A stretch of DNA of 63,360 bases, counting the filler, from Thraustochytrium aureum (Eukaryota), in NCBI GenBank assembly GCA_012862495.1. It is 6 parts of 3 records of this genome, joined end to end, with 100 filler letters (N's around TTAATTAATTAA, not from the genome) between each part and the next. Parts side by side here need not be neighbours in the genome. Positions count along the whole stretch, not along the records: positions 1 to 22,047 come from BLSG01000142.1; positions 22,148 to 30,429 come from BLSG01000142.1; 4 more parts are not named here. The stretch is one strand, 5' to 3'. This document shows, piece after piece, positions 11,338 to 23,476 of the stretch. Made by a program: the position numbers and the translations under genes. The first letter of the stretch is position 1. The number at the start of each line of letters is the position of its first letter. The notes below the pieces were generated by a model. That model worked only from the letters and a program-made list of their open reading frames with translations. It ran no database searches and was not told the DNA's origin.

Positions 11338-12195
11338 ATGATGGACGACGACGGCGTCGGGCTCGCGGAGCTCAAGCAGCTCGAAGTGGACTTCCTGCGC
11401 AGCCGGTTTGGGGAGTGCGTGGAGCAGTGCAGGCCGCTGCTCGGCGGATACCTTGAGCCCAGCATGGCCGGGACTAGTGCGCTGGAGATCGAGGCGCACG
11501 CGAAGCAGCAGGTGCCAAAGTAAGTGCATGTCGATGTTCCACGTCGCGCGCTGGGCGTGATGTGGAGGTCTCTTGTTTGCTGTTGCAGGATCGCGTGCGT
11601 TTGCTCGCTGAGGGGAAAGCGATTCCTTTGCTGACGGCCGCGCGCGACGGCGGGCGCAGAAAGCTGCAGGTTGCCGTGATCTTCGCGCAGTGCCTCTTTG
11701 AGCGCGGCGTGGATGTGCCTGGCGGCACGACGGAGGACATCGCCCTGCTCGAGCGATTTCTCAAACAGAACGGCCCTTTGCCCTTCCCACTGGTGGTCAC
11801 CTGGCTCAACCTGCGGATCGCGTTTGGGAACTTGGAGTATGCCAAGGAGCAGTTGGAGGCCTTTATGGGCAAATACGTGGAACGGGTCAAGCGGTAAGTC
11901 GCTCAGCGGCCAGACAGGCTGCCTGGGGGTGGAGCGCTAACGGGATGCCTTTGACGGCCCGCGCGGGCTTTAGGGGGGGAGTGGCGACGCCGGTTATGAG
12001 TGCCGAGTACGCGACGCTGGCGCGGCTGTACACGGTGCAAACCCTGCCGCAGCTCGGCGAGCTCGACGCGGCGCAACGCTTTCTAGCCATGCACAACAAC
12101 AACGTGCTCCTCTCGCGCGACAAGCGCCAGGAGCTCTTGCACGCGCTCGGCCAAGAGATTTCTCGGCGCGATAGTGTTTCGGCGCAAGGATCGTC
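11338..12195 (+). CDS. Candidate PEX26/APEM9-like helical peroxin, 3' end in gap
   Basis: Three exons (introns about 11520-11588, with a phase problem, and 11894-11973). The segments VIFAQCLFE, LPFPLVVTWLNL and EYATLARLYTVQTLPQLGELDAAQRFL recall PEX26/APEM9 blocks. Confidence 0.5.
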
Positions 12196-13239
12196 NNNNN
12201 NNNNNNNNNNNNNNNNNNNNNNNNNNNNNNNNNNNNNNNNNNNNNNNNNNNNNNNNNNNNNNNNNNNNNNNNNNNNNNNNNNNNNNNNNNNNNNNNNNNN
12301 NNNNNNNNNNNNNNNNNNNNNNNNNNNNNNNNNNNNNNNNNNNNNNNNNNNNNNNNNNNNNNNNNNNNNNNNNNNNNNNNNNNNNNNNNNNNNNNNNNNN
12401 NNNNNNNNNNNNNNNNNNNNNNNNNNNNNNNNNNNNNNNNNNNNNNNNNNNNNNNNNNNNNNNNNNNNNNNNNNNNNNNNNNNNNNNNNNNNNNNNNNNN
12501 NNNNNNNNNNNNNNNNNNNNNNNNNNNNNNNNNNNNNNNNNNNNNNNNNNNNNNNNNNNNNNNNNNNNNNNNNNNNNNNNNNNNNNNNNNNNNNNNNNNN
12601 NNNNNNNNNNNNNNNNNNNNNNNNNNNNNNNNNNNNNNNNNNNNNNNNNNNNNNNNNNNNNNNNNNNNNNNNNNNNNNNNNNNNNNNNNNNNNNNNNNNN
12701 NNNNNNNNNNNNNNNNNNNNNNNNNNNNNNNNNNNNNNNNNNNNNNNNNNNNNNNNNNNNNNNNNNNNNNNNNNNNNNNNNNNNNNNNNNNNNNNNNNNN
12801 NNNGCAACCCATTCAGCTGAACCACCAAAGCAAACCCGCCCATCTCCATCATCATTTCTCCAGTTCAACCCAGCACAAGCCGCGTGTCGTGCCGCGCCAC
12901 CACTGGCAGCAACTCGGACAGCTTCTTTGCTCCCCTGGCATTGCCCGCACGACCAACTTGGCGCTCGACCCGTGGAGTGCCCTCGACGCGCTCTACTACA
13001 TCCTCGACGACGTCGAGCGTAGTACCTACCTCTCTAGCTAGAGAGAGCACCTGCCCGAGCCGGCAGCACTGCTGCTCGGGTTGGCAACGAGCCTGGAAGT
13101 CATCGGTCCTGGGCACAACATCGTCGTGAACGTTGTAGTGTTCGAGTCGGCTGTCGCGGCAGTTGAATCCTCGGACGAGCAGCAGGCAGTTTCGCAATCG
13201 GTTGCGCGCGGGCCGAGGCGCTGGGGCTGGCTGCGGGAG

Positions 13240-15151
13240 ATGAGCGGCAGGGGCGGCCGCGGCCAGGTGGTTGTTCTGCGCAATTGGCTGTGCACGGTTG
13301 CGCTCGTCCTGTCGTCGCTGTTGGTGACCGGGCTCAAGGTCGCGTTCAAGGAAGACGAGCAAGGGCGCCGCCGCCAACGCCTCGCGAACGGGCGCGCGCG
13401 CATCGAGCAGGAAGCCGCGACACACAGCGAGGCGCAGGAGGCGAAGCGCATCGCGCGCGAACGTCGCAAGGAGCAACGGCGGCGGCGACGGTCGCTGGAC
13501 GGGCTGACGACCGCGACGCCGGGCGACGAGCCGTCGACGTCGCAAGGCGCTGACGCGCTGGACCCCCTCGTGGACGACCTACGCAAAGCGCGGAGCCGCT
13601 CTGTGGACGCTCTGTCGGTCGGCGAGTCCGAGGGCTCCGAGTCGGTTGACGGCGGGCAGACCACGCAGGGGCGCGAGCGGGGCGACGAGATGGAGGAGGT
13701 AGCCGGGCAGCTGCAAAAGCAAGGCGACGTGTTCGGCATGTGGAAGCAACGGTACTTTCGCCTTGCAAGCCTCGAGCCGTACGAGCTGGATGAGCTCGAG
13801 GGCATCGCGGACGAGGTTTTCGAGCTGAGCGACGGCTCGCGCCAGTTCGCGCTCTTGTACTGGGCGGGCGACGCGCGCCAGGCAGCGTCGGAGACGCACC
13901 GCCTCAAGCCTCGCGGCGCCTACTTGGTTGCAAATTGCTCTGTTGCACAGGGCGAGAGCAAGCTCGTGCTCGTGGTGAGCGGGCTCATCGACGCAATGAA
14001 CCCCTCGCAGGCTGTGCCGCCCATGCGCCTGTGCGCGCCGAGCGTTCGCGCTGCGCACCGGTGGACCAGCGCCCTGGCCTTTGCTTCGGTCGTTAGCCTT
14101 TTCCCGCTGACCAGCTTTGAACCAGGGCGTGCCTGCCCAATGCCCGACATGTGCGGCTCGCTTGGGCTGTGCGCGAGTCGGACGGGCGAGGCGCCCTTCA
14201 ACTTTTACTTTCGGTTGTTGGTCGCCGGGAGCGGAGACCAGCGACGGTGCTTGCTTCTCTGCTGGAATAGCGAGAACCAGGCCGTGGCACGGCCAATTGC
14301 GGCGCAAAATGTGTACGACCTGAGCAACGTTGCGGTCGACGTCTCGAGCGCCTTCCCTTGCGTCGTTTCTGTTCGCGGGGTGGCCGACGCTGTAGCACTG
14401 AACAACCACCTCAGCCGCGGCAAGCTGTTTCTCAAGGCGCGAGACCGGGAGAGCGCTGCGGCGTGGGCGCGGGCGATTGCGCCGACGTCCTGCACAGTGA
14501 CTGTGCCGTCTGTTGAATCGCCGTGCCGAGAAGCTCCGCGCGACTTTGCACAACAACGTGTTCCAGGGGCTGTCTCTGACGAGCTGCTTGAACTAGGGGG
14601 CGGTGCCTTAGAATTGTCCGAGCGCGTCTCTGAGCCCGAACGCGGCGGGGAGGCCTTGGTGGACGAGATGGCCCTACCTGGGGAGCCAGGACGCCGAACA
14701 CGTCGTGGACGAGTGGCATGCCGAGCACAGCGAGGTTGGTGCAAGGCACTTGCTGGCGATGCCCTCTCCGCTGTACGATATGCAGGAGGGCGACGGGTCG
14801 CCATTCGGGGACGACGACTTCACCTTCAACCCAGAGGAGGACGAGGACGACGACCAGGGTTCGCTGGTGGAACTTTCGGGGGAGGTCTCGCCGACAACGA
14901 GGGAGCTTCTAGCCCCAGTCGGTTCTTTGGAGGACGACTTGGACGGGGGCTTGTTCGGTTCAGCGGAGAATGAGCCGGGCAACGCGGGCTCGAGTGCTGG
15001 TGCTGGCGGGAAACCGCACCTCTCTGTCGCGCGCGCCATCGAGAGCCTCGAGCCCTGGCAGAGCCCTCGGCCCTTTAAGCTATCGCCAGTCAAGGAGGAG
15101 GACGGCGAGGCTCAGCGCTCGCCGCTTGTGCCTCTCCCGCGGAGGTGGTGA
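13240..15151 (+). CDS. N-terminal TM-anchored protein with two PH-like domains and an acidic tail
   Basis: Hydrophobic WLCTVALVLSSLLVTGL. PH1: AGQLQKQGDVFGMWKQRYF...LCAPS..AHRWTSAL. PH2: ...LFLKARDRESAAAWARAI. One frameshift at about 14645-14670 links to ORF 14705-15151. Confidence 0.6.
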
Positions 15152-15491
15152 GCGTCTCGTTTGTGAGTGTCGCGTTGTGCGCTCGAGCTTGCTCGGGGCA
15201 CCGGCGGCCGTGATGCAGGGCCAAGCATGTAGAAGAGTTTTTTTGAAGAAAAGCAAAGTGATCCCTGCAGCGCAGCAGAGCAGGCATCGCAGGCCGCGCG
15301 GGGCGAGACTTGAAGCGGCGTTGGCCTGGAGTTTCAGATTAGGCGCCACCGAGGCCTGCTCAATCACCGTTTGCCGACCTTATCGCCGATGGGAGGCCAC
15401 TGCGGAGGGTGGCGCGAAGCGAGTGGCGCGCGAGGCCACGCATCGACAGCCCGATTCGCGACGCAAAAGCTATGGCGACATCTTGCGACGT

Positions 15492-16958
15492 CTATTCGGG
15501 GGGGGCTGGCGAGGCGCCGCCTGCAGCAAGGCGGCGCTCCCTACTGAACTTGAGCTTGCAGCTTTTGGCAGTGCGCAGCCGGCCGGGAAAGCGAGCAAGG
15601 AGCGCGCGAGCGACGGCCTCCCAGTCGTGCGACCGAGGCTGCTGGGAGACGATTTCGGCGAGTGCATCCAGCTCGGCCTGCGTCCAGCGCGCCTTCGTTG
15701 CAGTGTCCTTGTCTGCACCAGGCCCCTCAGCGCGCGGCCGAGACGGCTGCGCTGCTGCTGCCGCCGCCAGCTTTAACTTGAGCACGTTGTGCCAGCGCTC
15801 TCTGCACTGCAAATCAGTTTGCCCACGGATATGGCGACGAATGAGTGCCCAGTCGGTGGCCGGGATAGGCCTTGACCGGCCNNNNNNNNNNNNNNNNNNN
15901 NNNNNNNNNNNNNNNNNNNNNNNNNNNNNNNNNNNNNNNNNNNNNNNNNNNNNNNNNNNNNNNNNNNNNNNNNNNNNNNNNNNNNNNNNNNNNNNNNNNN
16001 NNNNNNNNNNNNNNNNNNNNNNNNNNNNNNNNNNNNNNNNNNNNNNNNNNNNNNNNNNNNNNNNNNNNNNNNNNNNNNNNNNNNNNNNNNNNNNNNNNNN
16101 NNNNNNNNNNNNNNNNNNNNNNNNNNNNNNNNNNNNNNNNNNNNNNNNNNNNNNNNNNNNNNNNNNCGAACTTGATCCAGCCGCGCGACTGTGGCCGGTG
16201 CCTTGGCCCTGCCGCATCTTGAGCGACTGGCGGAAGCGGCGCGAGTGCTGCATTGGCCCTCGATGGGCGAAGGACTGCATGAGCTCGGAAATAAGCGGAA
16301 AGGCCGCCTCCCCGAGCTCGCCGACGAGGCGCACGAGAGCCTCGTCTTCCTGAGGAGCATACGGCCCCGCTGATTTGACGCGGCTTTGAAAGCGCGCAAA
16401 GCACTGCCACGCGGTGCGGCGGCCCGACCGGCTCACGGAGCTCACCGCAGTCGCAACGGCCTGCCAGGCGTTGTCTCCAGACTTTTCGACTGCGGCGGCG
16501 AGCGCTGCATCCTCCGCTTTCGAGAACTGCTGGTGACTAATGTCGGGCGCAGCGAGCTCCTCGAAAGCCGCCCTGAGCTCGTCCTCTTGGCGCTGCGGAA
16601 AGTGTTGGAGGCACAGGTCAGACCAGCTCGCGCCCGGCGCGCTGGCGCGGCACCTTGCGAGCCTTTTGAGCTCGCGCGGGCTCCACGCGGGCCGCCGAGC
16701 GTCGGCCCCAAAGGGCTCGGGATGGTCTGCGCGGCGCCGCGCGTCGGCGTTCAGTTTGCACGGGTTGGCGAGCGGAAGCCCTGCGGCGCGAAAGTACGGC
16801 AACGTCTCCGGCCCTTCGCCCCAACCGGGCTCCTGGGCCTCGTCCTCCGCGCCATCTGCGCGCGCCACGCCGTCTGGATCAAGGGGCGAGCCCAGCCACT
16901 CGTCCTCGGCCTGCTCCAAGCCTCGGCGCTCGAGCGGGCCGAGTCCCGGCGCAGCCAT
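15492..16958 (-). CDS. Multi-Myb-repeat protein, SNAPC4/SNAP190-like (spans gap)
   Basis: PYF..P..N.D N-terminal motif followed by tandem Myb repeats (FSKAEDAAL..WQAVA..RTAWQC; EDEALVRLV; DWALI..QTDLQCRERW) and one more C-terminal Myb-like repeat. Confidence 0.7.
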   Translation of the reverse strand: MAAPGLGPLERRGLEQAEDEWLGSPLDPDGVARADGAEDEAQEPGWGEGPETLPYFRAAGLPLANPCKLNADARRRADHPEPFGADARRPAWSPRELKRLARCRASAPGASWSDLCLQHFPQRQEDELRAAFEELAAPDISHQQFSKAEDAALAAAVEKSGDNAWQAVATAVSSVSRSGRRTAWQCFARFQSRVKSAGPYAPQEDEALVRLVGELGEAAFPLISELMQSFAHRGPMQHSRRFRQSLKMRQGQGTGHSRAAGSSSXXXXXXXXXXXXXXXXXXXXXXXXXXXXXXXXXXXXXXXXXXXXXXXXXXXXXXXXXXXXXXXXXXXXXXXXXXXXXXXXXXXXXXXXXXXXXXXGRSRPIPATDWALIRRHIRGQTDLQCRERWHNVLKLKLAAAAAAQPSRPRAEGPGADKDTATKARWTQAELDALAEIVSQQPRSHDWEAVARALLARFPGRLRTAKSCKLKFSRERRLAAGGASPAPPE

Positions 16959-17257
16959 TTGACAAGACTGCAACGCCGCGGTGGGGCCGCGGAGGCCGCG
17001 TAAAACGAGCTCCCCTGGTCCACCAAGGCCGGGCCGGGGCCGGCGCGAGGGCGCGAGGGGGTGCGCGGGGCGAGCCACGGGCAACACAAAGGCAACACAA
17101 AGAAAAGAAACTATTTCGGGACGATCTACGAAAAGGGAGAACAAGACGCCGACCGGGCTGCCGCCCCCAAACGGCGGCAAAGCCCGAGCTGCGCCAGCCC
17201 GAAGGAGGCTATCGGGGGGTCACACAGGGAGCATGCAGGACCAGCTGCAGCAGCACC

Positions 17258-18041
17258 TTAGGCCTGGACGGTCTCGGTGGAGGCGGCGGGGCCAGCAGCG
17301 GCGGCGGCGGCGGCCTTGACGTCCTCCACGACCTTTTCGGCGGACTCTACGACCTTGGCCTGGGCCTCCTCGACTGCCTCGGCCACGCTGGCCTTGGCAT
17401 CAGAGACGGCCTCCTCGGTGGCGCTCGCGGCGGCGGTCTGCGCGTCGGCGGCGGCGGCCTCGGCGTCCTTGATGGTCTTGGCGCTGCTGGCCCCGCCGCA
17501 GAGCTTGGCGAAGAACGCGGCGAAGGCGTTCTGCTTCTTGGCGGCCTTGGTGGGGGCGGCCTCCTCGGCAGGGGCGGCGGTCTCTTCAGCGACGGGCGCC
17601 TCCGTGGCGGTGGTCACGGACTCGGCGGCCTGCTCGACGGCTGCCTCAGCAGATTCGGTCGCGGCATCCTTGGCGGCCTCGGCCGTTTCGGTGGCGGCCT
17701 CGACAGTCTCGGCGGCAGCTTCCTTGGCGGCCTCGGCGGTCTCGGCAGCGGTCTCTTTGGCGGCCTCGACGGTCTCCGTGGCGGTCTCCGTGGCGGTCTC
17801 CGTGGCAGCCTCGGCGGTCTCGGCGGCAGCCTCGGCGGTCTCGGTGGCGGTCTCGGTGGCGGTCTCGGTGGCGGTCTCGGTGGCGGCCGCGGCAGCCTCG
17901 GTGGCGGCCTCGGCGGCCTCCGTGGCGGTCTCCTTGGCAGCCTCGGCGGACTCGGCAGCCTGCTCGGCGGCCTCGGCGACGGCCTGCTCAGCGGCAGGGG
18001 CGGCGGCCTTGGTCTTCTTCTTGAGCGGCGAGAAGGAGAGG
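17258..18041 (-). CDS. Ala/Glu/Thr-rich low-complexity repeat protein, 5' end in gap
   Basis: Open frame of (ETAT/EAA)n repeats with strong GC3 bias. It contains the amphipathic segment KKQNAFAAFFAKLCGG and stops at TAA 17258-17260. Confidence 0.65.
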
Positions 18042-21000
18042 NNNNNNNNNNNNNNNNNNNNNNNNNNNNNNNNNNNNNNNNNNNNNNNNNNNNNNNNNNN
18101 NNNNNNNNNNNNNNNNNNNNNNNNNNNNNNNNNNNNNNNNNNNNNNNNNNNNNNNNNNNNNNNNNNNNNNNNNNNNNNNNNNNNNNNNNNNNNNNNNNNN
18201 NNNNNNNNNNNNNNNNNNNNNNNNNNNNNNNNNNNNNNNNNNNNNNNNNNNNNNNNNNNNNNNNNNNNNNNNNNNNNNNNNNNNNNNNNNNNNNNNNNNN
18301 NNNNNNNNNNNNNNNNNNNNNNNNNNNNNNNNNNNNNNNNNNNNNNNNNNNNNNNNNNNNNNNNNNNNNNNNNNNNNNNNNNNNNNNNNNNNNNNNNNNN
18401 NNNNNNNNNNNNNNNNNNNNNNNNNNNNNNNNNNNNNNNNNNNNNNNNNNNNNNNNNNNNNNNNNNNNNNNNNNNNNNNNNNNNNNNNNNNNNNNNNNNN
18501 NNNNNNNNNNNNNNNNNNNNNNNNNNNNNNNNNNNNNNNNNNNNNNNNNNNNNNNNNNNNNNNNNNNNNNNNNNNNNNNNNNNNNNNNNNNNNNNNNNNN
18601 NNNNNNNNNNNNNNNNNNNNNNNNNNNNNNNNNNNNNNNNNNNNNNNNNNNNNNNNNNNNNNNNNNNNNNNNNNNNNNNNNNNNNNNNNNNNAAATGCGC
18701 GCGAGCGACCCGGGCGCATTCACGACGCTGCGCTCTCGGTATGGGCCGCCGTCGTCCATGAGCCCCACGAAACAACGCAGCAGAGATGAACAGGAAACAA
18801 AGGCAAGTTGAAGGCCGTTGAAGGCCTTCGCAGTCCGCTCTTTTGCGGGAAGAGAACGCAGCCTGTCGTTTCGTCCCTCCGTCCCTCTCTCCCTCCCTCC
18901 CGCCCTCCTTCCTTCGCTCCACGGCGGGCGGCGTTTGGCGCAAGGACGATCGATCGGCTCTGCGCATTCCTCGCGCGGTACTTGCGGTAGAGCGGCGGTT
19001 GCACGAGAAAGCTGCCCGTCGCGCCGCTGTTTTGCTCGCACGCTTGCGCGACCACCCATCATCGATCGCTCCGACAGGTGAACCGCAGCGACGCATGGTG
19101 AGGCGGCTGCGTTTCTCTCTCTTCCCGTCCCTTTCTCGCGCCCTTTCTCACGCGCTTTCTCGCCCCTTTCTCGCCCCTTTTCTCGCGCCCTTTCTCGCCC
19201 CTTTTCTCGCTCGCAGAGCAGCGGACGGGCCTCACGGGCCTCACGGACGGACGCTCTCGCGCGACGCAGATTTACACCCGTCGGCCGCGCGTCACCGGAG
19301 GCTGCTGCGCTTGCCGCCACCTGTTCCGCGCAGTCGAGTCACGCGTCCGCTCCGGCCAGAAACCGAAAGGACGTTTCCATGCCTTCAAGCAAGCACGTTC
19401 GTTTGCGTCTTCAACTGCTTACAAGTTGTTGAATGAGAAAAACCAAACTTGAAGCAAAAAACTAAATAGTGAAACACTGCGCGGAATGGTGGTAAACTAC
19501 GACGGCCAAAAAGTCCCGCCTGTACAGGTACGTAGGTACGCACGACTCGGGCTATTCGGGCCAATAAGGACGTGCGAAGCGCCCGCCAAAGCGCGTTCCT
19601 CTCCCGACCGCACGCGCCACGCGGCGCCGCGAGGGGGGTAGTAAAGGACTCTACGGGAAACACCGTTCCACGGGAGAACATGCAGGTGCGAGAAACGCGT
19701 TCATTTTCGTGCGCTTCTCCTTCGGTGTCTGGTTGCCTGGCCCTCTCAACAGAAGGGTCGCCGTTTTGCCTTTCTGTGCTGTTCTGCGGGGGTCGCTCTG
19801 CATCCACAGCTTCACCTTCCTCCTCCCGAAACAGGCAAGTGCAAAACAAAACAAACAAAACAAACAAGAGGAAAGGAAAGGAAAAAAGAGAAGTTGATTC
19901 CTTGAGTTCCGCCCGGCTGTCAGGCGAAGAAAGCCCTCTGGTCCCTCTCCCCTCACACCCGGCTCTTTCGCAGCGAGAAGGAAAGGTCCTTACCGGGCGG
20001 AGCTCCGCCACAAGACCTCGACCGACGCGCGGTTCTGCAGCACGTCGCGCAGCCGTCGTTCTGCGCGCTCGCACGTGGTCCGGTTTCGGCCGCTGCCGCT
20101 TCTGGAAAGGTCCACGTGCCGGCGCAGCAGGCAGCAGCAGGCGCAGAAGGCGCAGCACGCTCCACATGGGCAGGAGGAAGAAGAAGGTCGGCGCGGTACT
20201 TGTTTGTCCCCCGAAGCGGTCGCATGGAAATCCTGAGGAGCGGGGCCGCCAGTGCCTGTGCATCAACGAGCGCATCATCATACTCGCGCCGGAAGCAGTA
20301 CCAGCGCGAGATGAAAGCACAAGCAAGCGAACAAGCAAGCAAAGAAAGCAAGCTAGGGGTTTCGCGGACTCCTCTGTTCTGCCAGTGCGAGCGGCGCACT
20401 TGGGGCTGGCTGGCTCGCGCAGTGCGCCAATGAGCGAGGTGACGCGCAGGCTGTCACCCTTCGAAGAGGTCGCACTTTATCGGAGTATCGACCCGGTACG
20501 AACAACCGCATCGGACTGAATCGTGCGCGTCCTGGGCTGGCGCGGGCCGTCGTCGCCGTGGCCAGCCAGCGCTGCGCTGTGGCGGAAACCGCCGCGCTGA
20601 GACGCACGTGGCGAGTAGGCAGTTGGTTTTTTAATTGAAAAGCGCGACGACGCGGGACATGCGGCTCCGAGGTCGACCTGGCCCGTTCCCCGTGCAGCCG
20701 CAGATTGGACCGTTACTCTGACCTGCAGAAAGGCCGGCTGCAACAGGTGCGATCCCGCAATCGGCAAGGTCGCGCCCGTGCAGGCAGGCTCAAACGGCCG
20801 GGAACGGGCGTGGGTCGCCACTCTCGGCACTGGGTGCCGCCTGCGTTTGGGTCTTCCGCTATTTGCGCTGCGCTTGGGGCGCGCTGGTTTGCGAGTACTT
20901 CCCTTGACACTCGAACGCCCACCAATTAATTCCCTGGGGCTGGTAGCGGTTTCAGGGATGGACGCGGCGGCGCCGATGGGAGCCCAGCTTGGACCCACAG

Positions 21001-21191
21001 TGTCTGTCTGCCTGCTTGATGCGCAAAGCGAAGCAGCGAAGCAGCGAAGCAGCGAAGCAGCGCGCGAGGCCTTGAATGATCGCTCGCGAGCTCGCACCGT
21101 CTGGCACAACAGACAGGGAAACCAAGCGGGCCCGGCCTGCCCGTGGTGGCGTCTGTCTGTAAAGGCTACTTGCGAAGGTGCGAGTTGTTTA

Positions 21192-21959
21192 CTAGCTGCT
21201 TCTGCCGGCGCAGTCGCTCTGGTCGGCGGGCCCCTCCTCCGACGCGACCTTTTGGCGCTTACGAGGCGACGCCTGCCCCGCAGGCCCGCGCTTTTCTTTG
21301 GCCGCGGCGTGCACTTCCCCACCCCGTAAATTGCCCCGCGGCTGCTCGTTCTCGAGGCCGCCGCCAGGGCGCCCCTCGACAGATCTTGTTGGCGCCTCAG
21401 CGATCCCGTCTGCGAGCGCCTCGGGAGTCGACTTGCTCTCCTCTTGGGCCTCCCCATCCTGGGCGAGGCTGGCTGCGGCGGCGCCCCCAGCCGCGCCGGG
21501 CGAGGCGTACTTTGCGGTGTGCTCTCGCGCCACGCGGTCGAAGCGGGCTCTGTCCGAGCGAAAGAGGTCGCTGATGTCCGGCATGAGAGGGTCGTCCGGG
21601 TTTGGTTCTGCGAGCAGCAGGCGGATCTGCGAGAGAACCTGCGCCACGTTGAGCGACGGCTGCCAGCCGCCCTTGGGCGGCATCTTGAGCGAGTCGAGGC
21701 AGATGCGCCCTTGCGAATCAATGTTGGGATGGAACACCTTGGTCAAAAACCGCACCGCGGGCGGCTCGAACGGGTACCGCTGGGGCAGGCCCACTCGCAG
21801 CTCGAACGCGCCACCTTCGTACGGGCTCTCCGGCGGGCCTTGCAGGCGCACGTCCAGCTCGTCCAGCTTGCTTCCACCTGCAGCTGGCCAGGCTGCGACG
21901 CCCGGCGGCGGGTCGCGGGCCAGCATCTCGAGCTCCCTCGCGAGCCGCGCAGCCCGCAT
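21192..21959 (-). CDS. UBE2T: Ubiquitin-conjugating enzyme E2 T
   Basis: MRAARLARELEML..PPPGV, HPNIDSQGRICLD (catalytic Cys), the UBE2T-type LKMPPKGGWQPSLN and EPNPDDPL, then a disordered basic tail. Confidence 0.9.
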   Translation of the reverse strand: MRAARLARELEMLARDPPPGVAAWPAAGGSKLDELDVRLQGPPESPYEGGAFELRVGLPQRYPFEPPAVRFLTKVFHPNIDSQGRICLDSLKMPPKGGWQPSLNVAQVLSQIRLLLAEPNPDDPLMPDISDLFRSDRARFDRVAREHTAKYASPGAAGGAAAASLAQDGEAQEESKSTPEALADGIAEAPTRSVEGRPGGGLENEQPRGNLRGGEVHAAAKEKRGPAGQASPRKRQKVASEEGPADQSDCAGRSS

Positions 21960-22091
21960 CCTCCCCTCCCTTCGCGGTCTACTGTGCGCACCAGAGCCCC
22001 ACGCCTGCGCGCCCGTCATCTCCCCACCCATCCGTCACGCCATCCATNNNNNNNNNNNNNNNNNNNNNNNNNNNNNNNNNNNNNNNNNNNN

Positions 22092-22103
22092 TTAATTAAT
22101 TAA
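22092..22103. other. Artificial scaffold linker TTAATTAATTAA
   Basis: Six-frame-stop palindrome flanked by equal N runs, repeated identically five times in the window. Confidence 0.95.
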
Positions 22104-22147
22104 NNNNNNNNNNNNNNNNNNNNNNNNNNNNNNNNNNNNNNNNNNNN

Positions 22148-22335
22148 TTGGGTTTGAGGGCGGCGAGACCGGTGGTGTTGTCGGCGCCGTGATCGGCCTG
22201 ATCGGTCTCGTCGCCGCCCACGCAGCGTTCGCCTTCTGGTACTTCAAGAAGGACGGCAAGGCGTACCTCGAGCGCGTGTTCGCGCACGACTTCCCCGAGG
22301 AGCGCGAGGGCAAGATCACCCCGGCCGACGTGTAA
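22148..22335 (+). CDS. SLC34 Na+/phosphate cotransporter, C-terminal fragment (second copy)
   Basis: Nearly identical to the reverse complement of 31616-31800 and ends FAHDFPEEREGKITPADV*. Confidence 0.8.
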
Positions 22336-22812
22336 GCGCTTGTCTACAACGCGCTTTAGCGCGACGCTCACTGCTTCGTAGGAAGGGCTCGTGCATTCGT
22401 TTCGCACCGATTTCGTACGTGTTCAGTTCAACAATAACCACATCAATCCACCGCTGTCACAACTGCTCCTCCCTTGGCACGGCGTCCTCGAGCAAGCTTG
22501 TTGCCCACACTGTCACGCACTGTGGCCCCTTTTCTGGAGCCCCGAGCCCAGCTTTGAATCTACAACTGGCGCGGGAGCCGTGCGAGGACTGGCTCCACCG
22601 CGAACCTGACTTAAGGCGAGAACGTGGCGCTTTGCAGCAGGAACCTCAAACAGACGCCACGTGCTTTCGCTGTGCCAAGTTAGACGGGAGGCGCGGCCTC
22701 GAAAAGAAGAACAGGGCGGCGCCGCCGAATCCTTGCGGGATAGGCAGCTCCAACAGAAACGTCTTGCTGCGCCACAGAGGCAGCACGCTGGAAAGGACCC
22801 AGGCCAGACCCA

Positions 22813-22887
22813 TGCGAATCAAATCCAAACGCGAATCAAATCCAAATGCGAATCAAATCCAAACGCGAATCTTGAATGCGAATCAAA
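22813..22887. repeat. 17-bp tandem repeat, about 4 copies
   Basis: gcgaatcaaatccaaa(c/t) units, the last one degenerate. Confidence 0.8.
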
Positions 22888-23476
22888 GGTACTGCAAATA
22901 CCCAGATGACGATGACGCAAAACTTGCCTGATGACACCCTTGCGGCGCTGGCTCGACACGTCCACAATAAACTTGCTGTTTACGGCCTCTGGCTCATCTG
23001 GCTCACAGATGTTCTGTGCCAGCCCGTCAATGCGCCCGCGGACAGATGTTCTGTGTCAGTCCGTCAATGCGCCCGCGGATCTGGAAAACAAAGACGTTCG
23101 GTCGTTGCGTTTGGCTTTGGAGGGACCTGGCTGGGGTCGCGTCTGCGCGCCTTCTGTCGTCGCGCGCAGGGACGCCCCGTTTCAGGCTGCTTAAGGAGGC
23201 TGATCGGCCTCGAGATGGGGCTGGCATGCCACTGGGTTTTCGTCTGGTAGCTAGCTGTGTGCGGGATGGACGTCGGGGCTTCGATGCGGGCGGAACTCGC
23301 GCAAGTGGCGTTGCCGTTACAAAGGCCGGACAGACGTGCATTTCGCCTTCATCGTGCGGCAGTTTCGATTGTGGTCGGCGTTGGCGAGTTCGCCACAGAC
23401 AGCGCTTGGCGCGCGCCGGTCGTCGTGCCTGCACGCTCGAGCTAGGTGCTCAGGCGCTTTGGTTGTGCTGGACGGG

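Noticed and set aside
18693..21190. Long R/A/P-rich ORFs in this region and antisense to real genes elsewhere
   Set aside because: Such shadow ORFs are expected at high GC and show no domains.
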